Of a DNA stretch of 64,000 nucleotides, positions 39,469 through 48,794 are shown in pieces (position 1 is the first letter of the stretch; every line of letters starts with the position of its first letter). A program made the position numbers and the translations under genes. Source of the DNA: Aquiluna sp. (lineage in GTDB: Bacteria; Actinomycetota; Actinomycetes; Actinomycetales; Microbacteriaceae); contig JAQWUU010000011.1 in assembly GCA_029241985.1 (NCBI GenBank), forward strand, positions 21,687 to 85,686, written 5' to 3'. The notes under the pieces were generated by a model, which saw only the letters and a list, made by a program, of their open reading frames with translations, did not search any database and had not been told where the DNA came from.

Positions 39469-39497
39469 AGTGTAAGTCCTGTCTAGGACATTTACAA
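39469..39497 (-). promoter_or_regulatory. SigA-type promoter of the dnaE2 cassette
   Basis: Minus strand TTGTAA-N17-TACACT; the LexA box lies just downstream of the predicted start site. Confidence 0.65.
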
Positions 39498-39505
39498 AAT
39501 CTCTG

Positions 39506-40207
39506 TTAGATCTTGCTTATTAGCTCTGCCGAATTGTTTTTCACAGACCCGACAGCAGCACTGACTTTGTGAAATTCTAAGCCAGAGGCAACTTCACTTG
39601 ACTCAGACTGGAGTTCTCTGATCAACTGATCGGTGGTTTGGTAATCGGGCGAAATCCAGGCATCAAGAGCATCTTCATGCAGGAAAACTGGGGATCTGTC
39701 ATGAATTTTCGCTAGGTTATCGGGACTGTCCTGGGTAAGAATGCTGCAGGTGAGTACCCACCTGGAAGGGTCATTTACTGCCTTGGTCTCATCACGCCAC
39801 CAGCTGTAGATGCCGGCAAAGCAAATCATTTGATCTGGAGCGTGAATGAAAAACGGAGTTTTCTCATCTCCGCTGGCCTGCCATTCAAAATAGCCACTTG
39901 CTGGAATCGCACACCTTTTAGAAAGCGCGGCCTCGGCAAAACTCGGCTTGGTCAGAACAGTCTCGGCTCGAGCGTTAAAAAGTGGGGGTCCAGAAAAGTC
40001 CTTTGAATTAGCTGACATCAAGCCCCAACGCGCTAGATGAATCTCCCTTACCGGTAGCGATTCAATCTCTCGCTCAAGAATTATTGGAACCTTAGTTGTA
40101 GGCGCAATGTTGTAGTTGATCAGGTTTGCGTCAACCGGAAAGTTCTCTACTTCAAATAAATCGGCAACCGCGGATATCTCTTTGGCAATTACGAATCGAC
40201 CGCACAT
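39506..40207 (-). CDS. SOS response-associated peptidase (SRAP/HMCES/YedK family)
   Basis: MCGRF N-terminus (Cys2), NYNIAPT, RWGL, NARAET, GYFEW and IHDRSP motifs. Confidence 0.95.
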   Translation of the reverse strand: MCGRFVIAKEISAVADLFEVENFPVDANLINYNIAPTTKVPIILEREIESLPVREIHLARWGLMSANSKDFSGPPLFNARAETVLTKPSFAEAALSKRCAIPASGYFEWQASGDEKTPFFIHAPDQMICFAGIYSWWRDETKAVNDPSRWVLTCSILTQDSPDNLAKIHDRSPVFLHEDALDAWISPDYQTTDQLIRELQSESSEVASGLEFHKVSAAVGSVKNNSAELISKI

Positions 40208-40301
40208 GAACTAATCCTCCCGTTGCCCTCTTGAAGGCGCCCTTTTTTCCATCACAGTGATTCCCCTGACAGGCAAACTATTCGCACCGAAGCCTAATTC
40301 G

Positions 40302-41096
40302 CTAAGCAATTAGGGGACCATCATTGCTGGCATCAGTCGACAACATAGACAATCGTTTCCTGAACGAGCTCAGCATTTTGTGCTCACCAACGGGAATTTG
40401 TTGCCAGTTGGTAACGCCTCTGATTCCTTGCAGCGCAGATAGGCTCCAAATCTCACAGTGAGCCAAATCTTCTGGCTTCGCTCTTTCAGTGTCGGTTTCA
40501 AAACCTGCCTGGTTTGCTAGTTCAAACACAATCTCTCTGGTTATGGAAGGAAGCCATGCCACAGTGTCATCCGGGGCAAACAGCTTTCCGTCTCGCCACC
40601 AAACGATTGCGGACAAAGCACCATCAGCGACGTAGCCGTCCTCGCTTAGAATCACGGCTTCGTCGGCCCCATGAAGGTTCGCTTGCCTGCGCAGTTTTTG
40701 ACACACAGAAAGGTCGGGTCCTTTTACTGAGGAGTTTTGTCTTGGGTCAAGTTCGTCCAGTGACCAAAGCGTGCAGTGAAGGGTTCTGGTCGGTGCTTGG
40801 CGCAATCTAAGGAAAAGCTGCTCTCCTGGCGGCAACTGGTCGCGAAATTCAATTCTTGGAAACCATGCACCCATCTTCGGCACTTGGTTAGCGACTCTGT
40901 CAAAAAAATCCAGAAGGTAATCTTGTTCAAGTCCGGTGGTCGAAGTCATGAACCTCTGAAAATGACGATTCAACTCCCTGACTGACCCATCTAAAACCAG
41001 CCAGCTGTCAGCCACTGTCAGCGGCGCTGGTATAGCGTGGGCAATGGAAATCAATTCACCGCCGGTGAATTGAAAGAAGTCTCCAGAAACGCTCAT
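40302..41096 (-). CDS. Class IV PLP enzyme, probable 4-amino-4-deoxychorismate lyase (PabC-like)
   Basis: RHFQRF, VKGPDL (PLP Lys), ADEAVIL and LPSITR motifs; divergent from a pabB-like gene. Confidence 0.78.
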   Translation of the reverse strand: MSVSGDFFQFTGGELISIAHAIPAPLTVADSWLVLDGSVRELNRHFQRFMTSTTGLEQDYLLDFFDRVANQVPKMGAWFPRIEFRDQLPPGEQLFLRLRQAPTRTLHCTLWSLDELDPRQNSSVKGPDLSVCQKLRRQANLHGADEAVILSEDGYVADGALSAIVWWRDGKLFAPDDTVAWLPSITREIVFELANQAGFETDTERAKPEDLAHCEIWSLSALQGIRGVTNWQQIPVGEHKMLSSFRKRLSMLSTDASNDGPLIA

Positions 41097-41131
41097 TGGT
41101 AACTAAGAATAGAGGGCTGGCAGTAGCTGAT

Positions 41132-42409
41132 ATGACTCTTTACTATGAACGCATTGCTGGCTGGAGCCCAATCGCAGATACGTTTATCTCCTTCTTTTCA
41201 GGACAGCCCAACTGTTTCTGGTTAGACAGGGAACATCATCACGATTCTAGATTTTCGGTCATTGGCACCGGAGCGTCGAGCGAAAGCCTCAACATTCACG
41301 CTTCAGAAGACACCCTGCAGGATCTTCCCTTCGCCTTTAGGCCGGGCTTTGTGGGAGTCGTCGAGTATTCCAATCCGGACTCTGGCCCACTGGTTGTTTC
41401 AGGGATAACTGTTGACAGAGCCTTTGTGTACGACCACGATAAGCGCGCAATGTTTTTCATTGGTGACTTTCATACCAAAGAGCTATTTACAGAATGGTTT
41501 CATGCGGCTTTGCTTCGGTTGGCAATAGCCGGTGGAGAGGCAGCTGTCTACAACATGAACCACGACGCTGCAACCGCCTTCGAGCTAACGGCAGTTGATT
41601 TGAAGTCAAAATATTCAGCCAACATAAACATCGCACTTGACCAGATTTCCCAGGGTGAGGTTTATCAAATTTGCCTTACTACGGAACTTGAGGGGGAATT
41701 CACTGGCGATCCATTGGCGCTTTTTCTGAGGCTCAGGAGAAAGCACCAAGCACCATACTGCAGCTACCTAAAAGTGGCGGGAGTTGAATACCTCAGTATT
41801 TCTCCTGAGCGGTTCTTGACAGTTTCTGGCTCCAGAGTATTGAGTTCGCCGATTAAGGGAACCAGGGCTAGGTCCGATGATGTCGAACTGGATAAACAGC
41901 TAATGGCTTCGCTCATCAGTGATGACAAGGAGCGAGCTGAAAACCTCATGATTGTTGACCTAATTCGCAACGACCTGTCTGCAGTGTGTAAGGCCGAATC
42001 CATCACCGTTGAAGCACTGCTTGCAATCAGAAGTTACTCGACTGTCCATCAATTGGTTTCTGACGTCTCGGGCGAACTACGGGATGGAATGACAGGGTTT
42101 GACGCATTGGCGGCACTATTTCCTGGAGGGTCTATGACGGGGGCCCCTAAAATTCGAGCTTGCGAGCTGATAGACCAAATCGAAAAGCGCCAACGTGGGG
42201 CATATTCTGGGGCCATCGGTTGGATTTCAGGTTCAGGAGACATGGACCTTGGCATGGTTATCAGAACTGCGATTTTCAGCGAGAATAGCGTAAGAATTGG
42301 AGTTGGCGGAGGCATCACGTCGGGCTCGAACCCTGAAGCTGAACACGAAGAGATTAAACTAAAGGCCATAGCACTGGTTGAGGCGATGAGTGCCTCAGTG
42401 AATTGGTAA
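41132..42409 (+). CDS. pabB: Aminodeoxychorismate synthase component I
   Basis: SPERF, PIKGT (PabB-type; TrpE has PIAGT), [13 protein letters not shown] and [10 protein letters not shown]; start reassigned to ATG 41132. Confidence 0.85.
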   Translation: MTLYYERIAGWSPIADTFISFFSGQPNCFWLDREHHHDSRFSVIGTGASSESLNIHASEDTLQDLPFAFRPGFVGVVEYSNPDSGPLVVSGITVDRAFVYDHDKRAMFFIGDFHTKELFTEWFHAALLRLAIAGGEAAVYNMNHDAATAFELTAVDLKSKYSANINIALDQISQGEVYQICLTTELEGEFTGDPLALFLRLRRKHQAPYCSYLKVAGVEYLSISPERFLTVSGSRVLSSPIKGTRARSDDVELDKQLMASLISDDKERAENLMIVDLIRNDLSAVCKAESITVEALLAIRSYSTVHQLVSDVSGELRDGMTGFDALAALFPGGSMTGAPKIRACELIDQIEKRQRGAYSGAIGWISGSGDMDLGMVIRTAIFSENSVRIGVGGGITSGSNPEAEHEEIKLKAIALVEAMSASVNW

Positions 42410-42441
42410 CCTATACGAACCGTCAATCAAAAGGTCTCAAA

Positions 42442-44907
42442 TTGCAAGAAGAGTACAACACCCGCGCCATTCAAGATAAGTGGCTTCCAGTTTGGGATGA
42501 CCTAAAGCCTTTTGACTCTTCCAAGAAAGATGACACCAGACCCACCAAGTATGTCCTGGACATGTTTCCATACCCATCGGGAGACCTCCACATGGGTCAC
42601 GCAGAGGCATATGCGCTCGGTGATGTAATAGCGCGCTACTGGTCCCAGCGCGGTTACAACGTCATGCACCCAATCGGCTGGGATGCCTTTGGTTTACCTG
42701 CGGAAAACGCAGCCATTAAAAGAGGGTTAGACCCTAAAGCGTGGACTTACGAAAATATTGCTCAGCAAAAAGCTTCGATGAGGCGTTATGCCTGCAGCTT
42801 TGACTGGGATCGCGTTCTAGAAACTTGCAACCCAAGTTATTACCAATGGAATCAGTGGCTATTTTTGGAGTTCTATAAGCGCGGGCTTGCTTATCGCAAG
42901 AACTCGAATGTGAACTGGTGCCCAAGCTGCCAGACGGTGCTCGCCAATGAGCAGGTCGTGCAAGGTTTATGTGAAAGGTGTGACTCTTCGGTCACAAAGA
43001 AGTCTCTAACCCAGTGGTATTTCAAGGTAACCGACTACGCGGATAGGTTGCTTGATGACCTGGACGGACTCGAGGGTAAGTGGCCCTCGAAGGTGCTATC
43101 CATGCAGCGAAACTGGATTGGTCGATCTCAGGGCGCAAACATTGATTTCGCAATCGAAGGCATGGACAAATCGGTTTCCGTTTTCACCACCAGGCCGGAC
43201 ACTCTCTATGGGGCAACATTCATGGTTCTAGCCGCGGATAGCGAGCTCGCGCAAGAGCTGGCAGCAAGCGCACCGGATGTGACTCGCGCGGAGTTTGAAA
43301 AGTATCTGGATGAAGTAAAAAAGGCAAACGACATTGAACGGCTTGCAACAGACCGAAAGAAGACTGGAATCTTCCTCGGTCACTATGCAGTGAATCCCAT
43401 CAATGACGAGCGGCTACCGATTTGGGTTTCTGACTACGTTCTTGCTGACTACGGCACCGGCGCGATCATGGCAGTTCCTGCCCACGACGACCGGGACATC
43501 GAATTTGCAAAAGCCATGGATCTTGAAATCAAAATGGTTGTAGACACGGGGGAGGCTGACCCTGCAGAAACAGGCATTGCTACCTCTGGCGATGGTGTCA
43601 TTGTGAATTCCGGACCTTTAGATGGCCTGAACAAGACAGACGCCATTGCAAGGGCAATTGAAATTGTTGAAGAAAAGGGCACGGGTAAGGGCGCCAAGAA
43701 CTTCAGGTTGCGAGACTGGTTAATTTCCCGTCAGCGCTACTGGGGCACGCCAATTCCAATCATTCACTGTGAGAAATGTGGAGAAGTTCCGGTCCCATCT
43801 GATCAACTCCCGGTGGAGCTGCCGGACAGCAAGGGCTTGGATCTTCAACCAAAAGGAACCTCACCCCTTGGTGCTGCCAGCGAATGGTTAAATGTGAGTT
43901 GCCCTAGCTGCTCAGGTCCCGCAAAACGTGACTCCGACACCATGGATACATTTGTCGATAGCTCGTGGTACTTTCTAAGGTTTTTGAATCCAAACTCTGA
44001 CGAGGTCCCTTTTAGTCAAGAAGAAGCCAAAAAGTGGGCTCCGGTGGATCAGTATGTTGGCGGTGTTACTCACGCTATTTTGCATCTTTTGTACGCCAGA
44101 TTTTTCACCAAGGTGTTGCATGACATTGGCATGGTGGACTTTGAAGAGCCGTTCACAAGATTGTTGAACCAAGGAATGGTCTTGATGAATGGTTCTGCCA
44201 TGAGCAAGTCTCGTGGCAACCTTGTGCGCTTGAGCGACCAGCTAGATATTCATGGAGTTGATGCTATCCGCCTCACAATGGCCTTCGCGGGACCACCTGA
44301 AGATGATATCGATTGGGCCGATGTGTCACCTGCGGCGTCAGCGAAGTTTCTTGCCAGAGCGTGGCGAATCGCGCAGGATGTGAAAAGCAACCCGGGAATC
44401 GACGTGACAGCAGGGGACGCGGGAGTTAGAAAGTCAACTCACCAGTTCCTCAAGGGCTTCCAAGAGGCTATCGAGACTCATAAATTTAATGTTGGCGTTG
44501 CAAAGGCAATGGAGCTTACAAACCACTTGCGAAAGGCAATAGACCAGGGACCTGGTCCTTCAGACCCTGCCGTAAGAGAGGGCGCCGAAGAGTTGGCAAA
44601 GGCGCTATCGCTTTTCGCTCCTTACGCTTCAGAAGACATGTGGCACTTGCTTGGTCATGAAGCATCAGTGGCTTTGGCCGGATTCAGGGACGCAGACCCA
44701 GCATTATTGACGGAAAGCACCGTCATGGCAATCGTTCAGGTAAATGGAAAGCTTCGTGACAAGTTTGAAGTCGATGTTTCGATCACTGAGGATCAACTGC
44801 GGGCCTTGGCTATGGCTTCAGTGCAGGTTCAGAAAACTTTGCAGGGGCTTGAAATTTCAAATGTGATTATCCGGGCACCGAAGCTTGTAAACATCGCAAC
44901 CAAGTAG
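42442..44907 (+). CDS. leuS: Leucine--tRNA ligase
   Basis: [31 protein letters not shown] and MSKS motifs; start TTG 42442 (alternative TTG 42403). Confidence 0.96.
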   Translation: MQEEYNTRAIQDKWLPVWDDLKPFDSSKKDDTRPTKYVLDMFPYPSGDLHMGHAEAYALGDVIARYWSQRGYNVMHPIGWDAFGLPAENAAIKRGLDPKAWTYENIAQQKASMRRYACSFDWDRVLETCNPSYYQWNQWLFLEFYKRGLAYRKNSNVNWCPSCQTVLANEQVVQGLCERCDSSVTKKSLTQWYFKVTDYADRLLDDLDGLEGKWPSKVLSMQRNWIGRSQGANIDFAIEGMDKSVSVFTTRPDTLYGATFMVLAADSELAQELAASAPDVTRAEFEKYLDEVKKANDIERLATDRKKTGIFLGHYAVNPINDERLPIWVSDYVLADYGTGAIMAVPAHDDRDIEFAKAMDLEIKMVVDTGEADPAETGIATSGDGVIVNSGPLDGLNKTDAIARAIEIVEEKGTGKGAKNFRLRDWLISRQRYWGTPIPIIHCEKCGEVPVPSDQLPVELPDSKGLDLQPKGTSPLGAASEWLNVSCPSCSGPAKRDSDTMDTFVDSSWYFLRFLNPNSDEVPFSQEEAKKWAPVDQYVGGVTHAILHLLYARFFTKVLHDIGMVDFEEPFTRLLNQGMVLMNGSAMSKSRGNLVRLSDQLDIHGVDAIRLTMAFAGPPEDDIDWADVSPAASAKFLARAWRIAQDVKSNPGIDVTAGDAGVRKSTHQFLKGFQEAIETHKFNVGVAKAMELTNHLRKAIDQGPGPSDPAVREGAEELAKALSLFAPYASEDMWHLLGHEASVALAGFRDADPALLTESTVMAIVQVNGKLRDKFEVDVSITEDQLRALAMASVQVQKTLQGLEISNVIIRAPKLVNIATK

Positions 44908-44911
44908 GTTC

Positions 44912-44920
44912 TTTTCCACA
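44912..44920 (+). promoter_or_regulatory. DnaA-box-type 9-mer (TTTTCCACA) upstream of comEA
   Basis: Fits TTWTNCACA and lies in the 64-bp leuS-comEA spacer. Confidence 0.35.
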
Positions 44921-44971
44921 AATACTTGAACTCTGACCGCCAGGCCTAAATGGCCAGGGCATTCTCTCAGG

Positions 44972-45541
44972 ATGCAGAAAGTACTCGATTGGCTAACTGG
45001 CCTGGAATCAAAAAAGCGTAAGCAGCTCTATTTCGCACTTGGGCTGGTTGCTCTCCTGTTTGGTGTCCTCCTGTCTAATACCTCGTCTCCAAAACCAGAG
45101 CAAGCTGTTGAGAGTAGCGGCGGTAGCTTCACAGTTTCAGGAGAGATTTTTGTTCACGTGGTGGGTGAGGTAAGTCAGCCAGGGCTTTACGAACTGGATT
45201 ACGGATCCAGGGTCCGTGATGTGGTTGCGGCGGCAGGAGGGTTTACCTCTGATGCGGTTGAGTCAAGCGTAAATCTAGCAAGGCTAGTGTACGACGGTGA
45301 GCAGGTAGTCATTTTGGCGGAGTCTCAAATGGCCACTGCGGAAAGTGATGGATTCATCTCTCTAAATCGAGCCACTTCTTCGCAACTTGAGACGCTACCG
45401 GGTATCGGACCGGCACTGGCCGGCAGAATCTTGGCCTACCGCGACGAAATTGGTTCTTTTGCGAGTGTGGATCAACTCTTAGAAGTCACCGGCATAGGAA
45501 GCAAGCTGTTTGAGCAGCTGAAAGTGAATCTCACTTTGTGA
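44972..45541 (+). CDS. comEA: Competence DNA receptor ComEA
   Basis: N-terminal TM, SLBB domain (VHVVGEVSQPGLY...RVRDVVAAAGG) and HhH (LETLPGIGPALA). Confidence 0.93.
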   Translation: MQKVLDWLTGLESKKRKQLYFALGLVALLFGVLLSNTSSPKPEQAVESSGGSFTVSGEIFVHVVGEVSQPGLYELDYGSRVRDVVAAAGGFTSDAVESSVNLARLVYDGEQVVILAESQMATAESDGFISLNRATSSQLETLPGIGPALAGRILAYRDEIGSFASVDQLLEVTGIGSKLFEQLKVNLTL

Positions 45542-47394
45542 TTGTTTACGTCGCGGCGGCCTATTGGCTGATTCTTTGGATCCTTGCGCCTCCGGGGGCA
45601 AGTTCACAGATCAAAGTTTCTTATCCAAAAATTGAATTTGTAGAGACCCTTCGGGCAACATTTTTGCACCGTCTAGGCGGTGTTTCTTCCGACTCAGAGG
45701 CGCTGGTTGCAGGGTTGGCAATTGGTGAACGTGACCTGTTGTCTACTGAAGTCGCAATTCAAATGAAGACGCTTTCGCTAACTCACCTGGTTGCAGTTTC
45801 CGGTGCAAATCTTGCAATCATCATGGGTGTGGCATATCTGATTGGGGGAGCTTCTGGCATCTCGAGAAATGCAAGATTCGTCTTTGCCCTGTCGGTAATG
45901 GTTTGCTATGTGTTGGTCGTTGGTCCTGAATCGAGTGTCCTAAGGGCGGCCACCATGGCAACTTTTGTGGCTATAGGGCTCTGGTTGGGGCGAGGAACAA
46001 AGCCAATCATCTGTCTTGCTTGGGCGGTTATCTTTCTGTTGGCCATCGACCCAGGATTGGCCACAGACTTTGGCTTTTCCCTTTCAGCAATTGCAACAGT
46101 AGGGCTCTTGACTATGGCGTTGCCAATTTACAACTGGCTCTCGCAGTTCATGCCACGGTTGATTGCAATTGGCATCGCCGCCAGTTTTTCCGCGCAGCTT
46201 GCAACAACTCCAATCCTGCTGATGCTTCAACCTTCAATACCGATTTACTCCGTGCTGGCAAATTTAGTCGTCGAACCAGTGGTCGCACCGGTGACTATTT
46301 TGGGAATCTTGTCCCTAATTTTGGCTTTGCCTTTTCCTGTCTTGTCTACAGCCATCAGCTGGCTGGCTTCATTGGGCACCTGGTGGATCACACTCGTTGC
46401 CCACGAGATGTCAGCCTGGCCAGCGGCTCGAGTGCATTTTGTTGGAGGCCCCACGGGTGTTTGGCTTGCAGCCGCAATAGTGCTCCTGGCACTTTCTCTT
46501 TACCAGCCTCGGTTCATTCGTTATCGGCGGCTTCTAGCGTCTGGTTTGACATGTACGCTCGTCTTTTCCATTGCATGGTCGACAAATGATGTCGTTAGGT
46601 ATCGCGACTTTGCAGGTGAATGGGACGTACTCAACTGCGATGTTGGTCAGGGTGACGCTCTGCTCCTGCAGAGCCTAGGACGAGTTGCACTTATAGACGT
46701 AGGTCGTGAACCGGAGCCGATCGACAGTTGCCTCGAAGGACTCGGCATTCAAGCTATTGACCTGCTAGTGATTACGCATTTTGACGCCGACCATGCCGGA
46801 GGTATAAATGGTGTGCTTGCTGGGCGCAGAGTTGGAACGGCCATAATTTCTGGTTTTCGGGATGATAGACCCCTTGTGGCGATGGTCTCAAATGCTCTTG
46901 AGAAATCCGAAACTAAAATTCTGACTGGATTCTCGGGCATGACTGGCCAACTCGGTGAATTGGAATGGCGCGTCCTGGCCCCGTCGGCACAGGCAAAGGA
47001 GGCGAAGGACAGTAACGATGCCTCAGTGATCGTTGGCTTTAGTGGACCTGAGTACTCAGTTCTGGCACTTGGGGACCTTGGTGAATTTGGCCAGCAAAGG
47101 TTGATGCGAACAAGTGAGGCAAAGCTTCGCACTCTGGCCTCAAAGCCTCTGGTTCTAAAAGTTGCTCATCATGGGTCGGCCGACCAATCAAATGAGCTGT
47201 TTCAGTTGTTGCTGCCTGATGTTTCCATATTCTCAGTCGGCATGAATCCCTATGGGCATCCAACCACCAAGGCACTGACACAGGCTAGACAGTCTGGGTC
47301 TCAGGTGTTGAGAACTGATGAACTTGGGTCGGTGGCGTTGTCACTCGATCAGGAAATCTGGGTTGTCAGCGTCGCAGGTAAACTTTCAACGTGA
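45538..47394 (+). CDS. comEC: Competence channel ComEC/Rec2, N-terminally shortened
   Basis: THLVAVSGAN competence motif, SVLRA, and an MBL domain (DVGQGD, THFDADH, NDAS, KVAHHGS, YGHP); 618 aa. Confidence 0.92.
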   Translation: MIVYVAAAYWLILWILAPPGASSQIKVSYPKIEFVETLRATFLHRLGGVSSDSEALVAGLAIGERDLLSTEVAIQMKTLSLTHLVAVSGANLAIIMGVAYLIGGASGISRNARFVFALSVMVCYVLVVGPESSVLRAATMATFVAIGLWLGRGTKPIICLAWAVIFLLAIDPGLATDFGFSLSAIATVGLLTMALPIYNWLSQFMPRLIAIGIAASFSAQLATTPILLMLQPSIPIYSVLANLVVEPVVAPVTILGILSLILALPFPVLSTAISWLASLGTWWITLVAHEMSAWPAARVHFVGGPTGVWLAAAIVLLALSLYQPRFIRYRRLLASGLTCTLVFSIAWSTNDVVRYRDFAGEWDVLNCDVGQGDALLLQSLGRVALIDVGREPEPIDSCLEGLGIQAIDLLVITHFDADHAGGINGVLAGRRVGTAIISGFRDDRPLVAMVSNALEKSETKILTGFSGMTGQLGELEWRVLAPSAQAKEAKDSNDASVIVGFSGPEYSVLALGDLGEFGQQRLMRTSEAKLRTLASKPLVLKVAHHGSADQSNELFQLLLPDVSIFSVGMNPYGHPTTKALTQARQSGSQVLRTDELGSVALSLDQEIWVVSVAGKLST

Positions 47395-48350
47395 GCAATG
47401 GAAAGACAGTTAGTTGGTACCAAGCGACCCCATGGCCGCTGGTGCTGATTTCTGGGCCAGAAAGCTATTTCGCTGGACGGGCCATTAGGCAAATAAAAAG
47501 CCAATTGCGCCTCGAACATGAGAATCTCGAAATAAGCGAAGTTTCAGATGGTGAATACTCAGCTGGATTACTTTTGAGCCTGGCTGCTCCATCTCTATTC
47601 AACGAACCAAGACTTGTCATAATTCAAGGTGCAAGTGAGGGCTTGCTAGAAGACATCAAAGGCTTGATGTCTGAGCCTGCCGAAAATTGCACCATAATCG
47701 TGCGAACCCCGAACCTCGTTGGACACAATGGCAAGGTAAGAAAAGAATTGGCACCACTGGCTTTGAACATAGTCTGCGATGAAGTCAAGAAGGACTCCGA
47801 TCGAATCGACTTCGTAAACCGTGAATTCAAAACTTTCGGGATCCCAATTGAGCAACCGGCTACCAAGGCACTCGTGGCAGCGTTTGGTTCTGACATGGGG
47901 GAACTGGGCGCCGCTTGTGATCAATTAGCAAAGTCTGGCAGGGTGAAAATCTCGGCCTCCGATGTTGAGCAGAGCTTCGAAGGTCGTCAAGAAACGAACG
48001 CTTTCAAAATCGCTGATGCCGCACTGGCCGGAAATGCCACTGAAGCTATTCGACTATTTCGCCACGGCTCTGCCACAGGAATTGATCCAGTAGCTCTGAC
48101 CGCTGCACTGGCGATGAAAATTAGACAACTGGCAAGGTTATTCAACGACAGAAATGCATCGCCTGCCGCACTCGGAATGGCGCCTTGGCAGGTCGATAAG
48201 GCCCGACGCGAACTTAGCGGTTGGAGCGAGTCGGAATTGATTGATCTAGTTCAGCTTGCTGCAAAAACTGATTTCGACACAAAGGGCGCGAGTCGCGATC
48301 CAGAATATTCGATAGAGAAACTGCTATTGAGAATGGCAAAGTCACATTAA
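47391..48350 (+). CDS. holA: DNA polymerase III delta subunit
   Basis: APSLF, LGMAPWQVDKAR and KGASRDP motifs; conserved comEC-holA-rpsT order. Confidence 0.92.
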   Translation: MSNGKTVSWYQATPWPLVLISGPESYFAGRAIRQIKSQLRLEHENLEISEVSDGEYSAGLLLSLAAPSLFNEPRLVIIQGASEGLLEDIKGLMSEPAENCTIIVRTPNLVGHNGKVRKELAPLALNIVCDEVKKDSDRIDFVNREFKTFGIPIEQPATKALVAAFGSDMGELGAACDQLAKSGRVKISASDVEQSFEGRQETNAFKIADAALAGNATEAIRLFRHGSATGIDPVALTAALAMKIRQLARLFNDRNASPAALGMAPWQVDKARRELSGWSESELIDLVQLAAKTDFDTKGASRDPEYSIEKLLLRMAKSH

Positions 48351-48352
48351 AT

Positions 48353-48382
48353 AAAAAAACCGAGAACAAGGTCTCGGTTTTT
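48353..48382. terminator. Bidirectional intrinsic terminator between holA and rpsT
   Basis: AAAAACCGAGA-ACAAGG-TCTCGGTTTTT hairpin with A-run and T-run flanks. Confidence 0.88.
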
Positions 48383-48398
48383 CTAGATAAATTCTTGT

Positions 48399-48659
48399 TT
48401 ACAGAGCGTTGACCTTTTTGGCGATCGCTGACTTCCTGTTAGCAGCTTGGTTCTTGTGAATTACGCCCTTGCTGACCGCCTTGTCGATGGTCTTGTTGGC
48501 GCCCACTAGGGCAGCCGCCGCCGCGGTCTTGTCACCTGAGGTGCTGGCATCGCGCACAGCGCGGATTGCCGACTTGACCTCGGTGCGAACAGCCTTATTG
48601 CGCTCTTCAGACTTGCGGTTGGTGCCGATTCTCTTGATCTTTGACTTGATATTTGCCAT
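48399..48659 (-). CDS. rpsT: 30S ribosomal protein S20
   Basis: [10 protein letters not shown] and [20 protein letters not shown] motifs. Confidence 0.97.
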   Translation of the reverse strand: MANIKSKIKRIGTNRKSEERNKAVRTEVKSAIRAVRDASTSGDKTAAAAALVGANKTIDKAVSKGVIHKNQAANRKSAIAKKVNAL

Positions 48660-48794
48660 GTTCTACTCTCTCTGGCGAAAAACTTTTTTTGCGAAGAAAT
48701 CCTCGCGAACAAGGCAAAACTCTATCAGTTTGGCTCGCAGTGGGCAAGCAGCATGGGAGAATAAGAAGGTATTTCATCCCACTAAGAGGTTTAT

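Noticed and set aside
40208-40301. PafBC or LexA site upstream of the SRAP gene
   Set aside because: TGTCAG is present on the minus strand but no TANNNT follows at the 10-nt spacing, and there is no GAAC-N4-GTTC.
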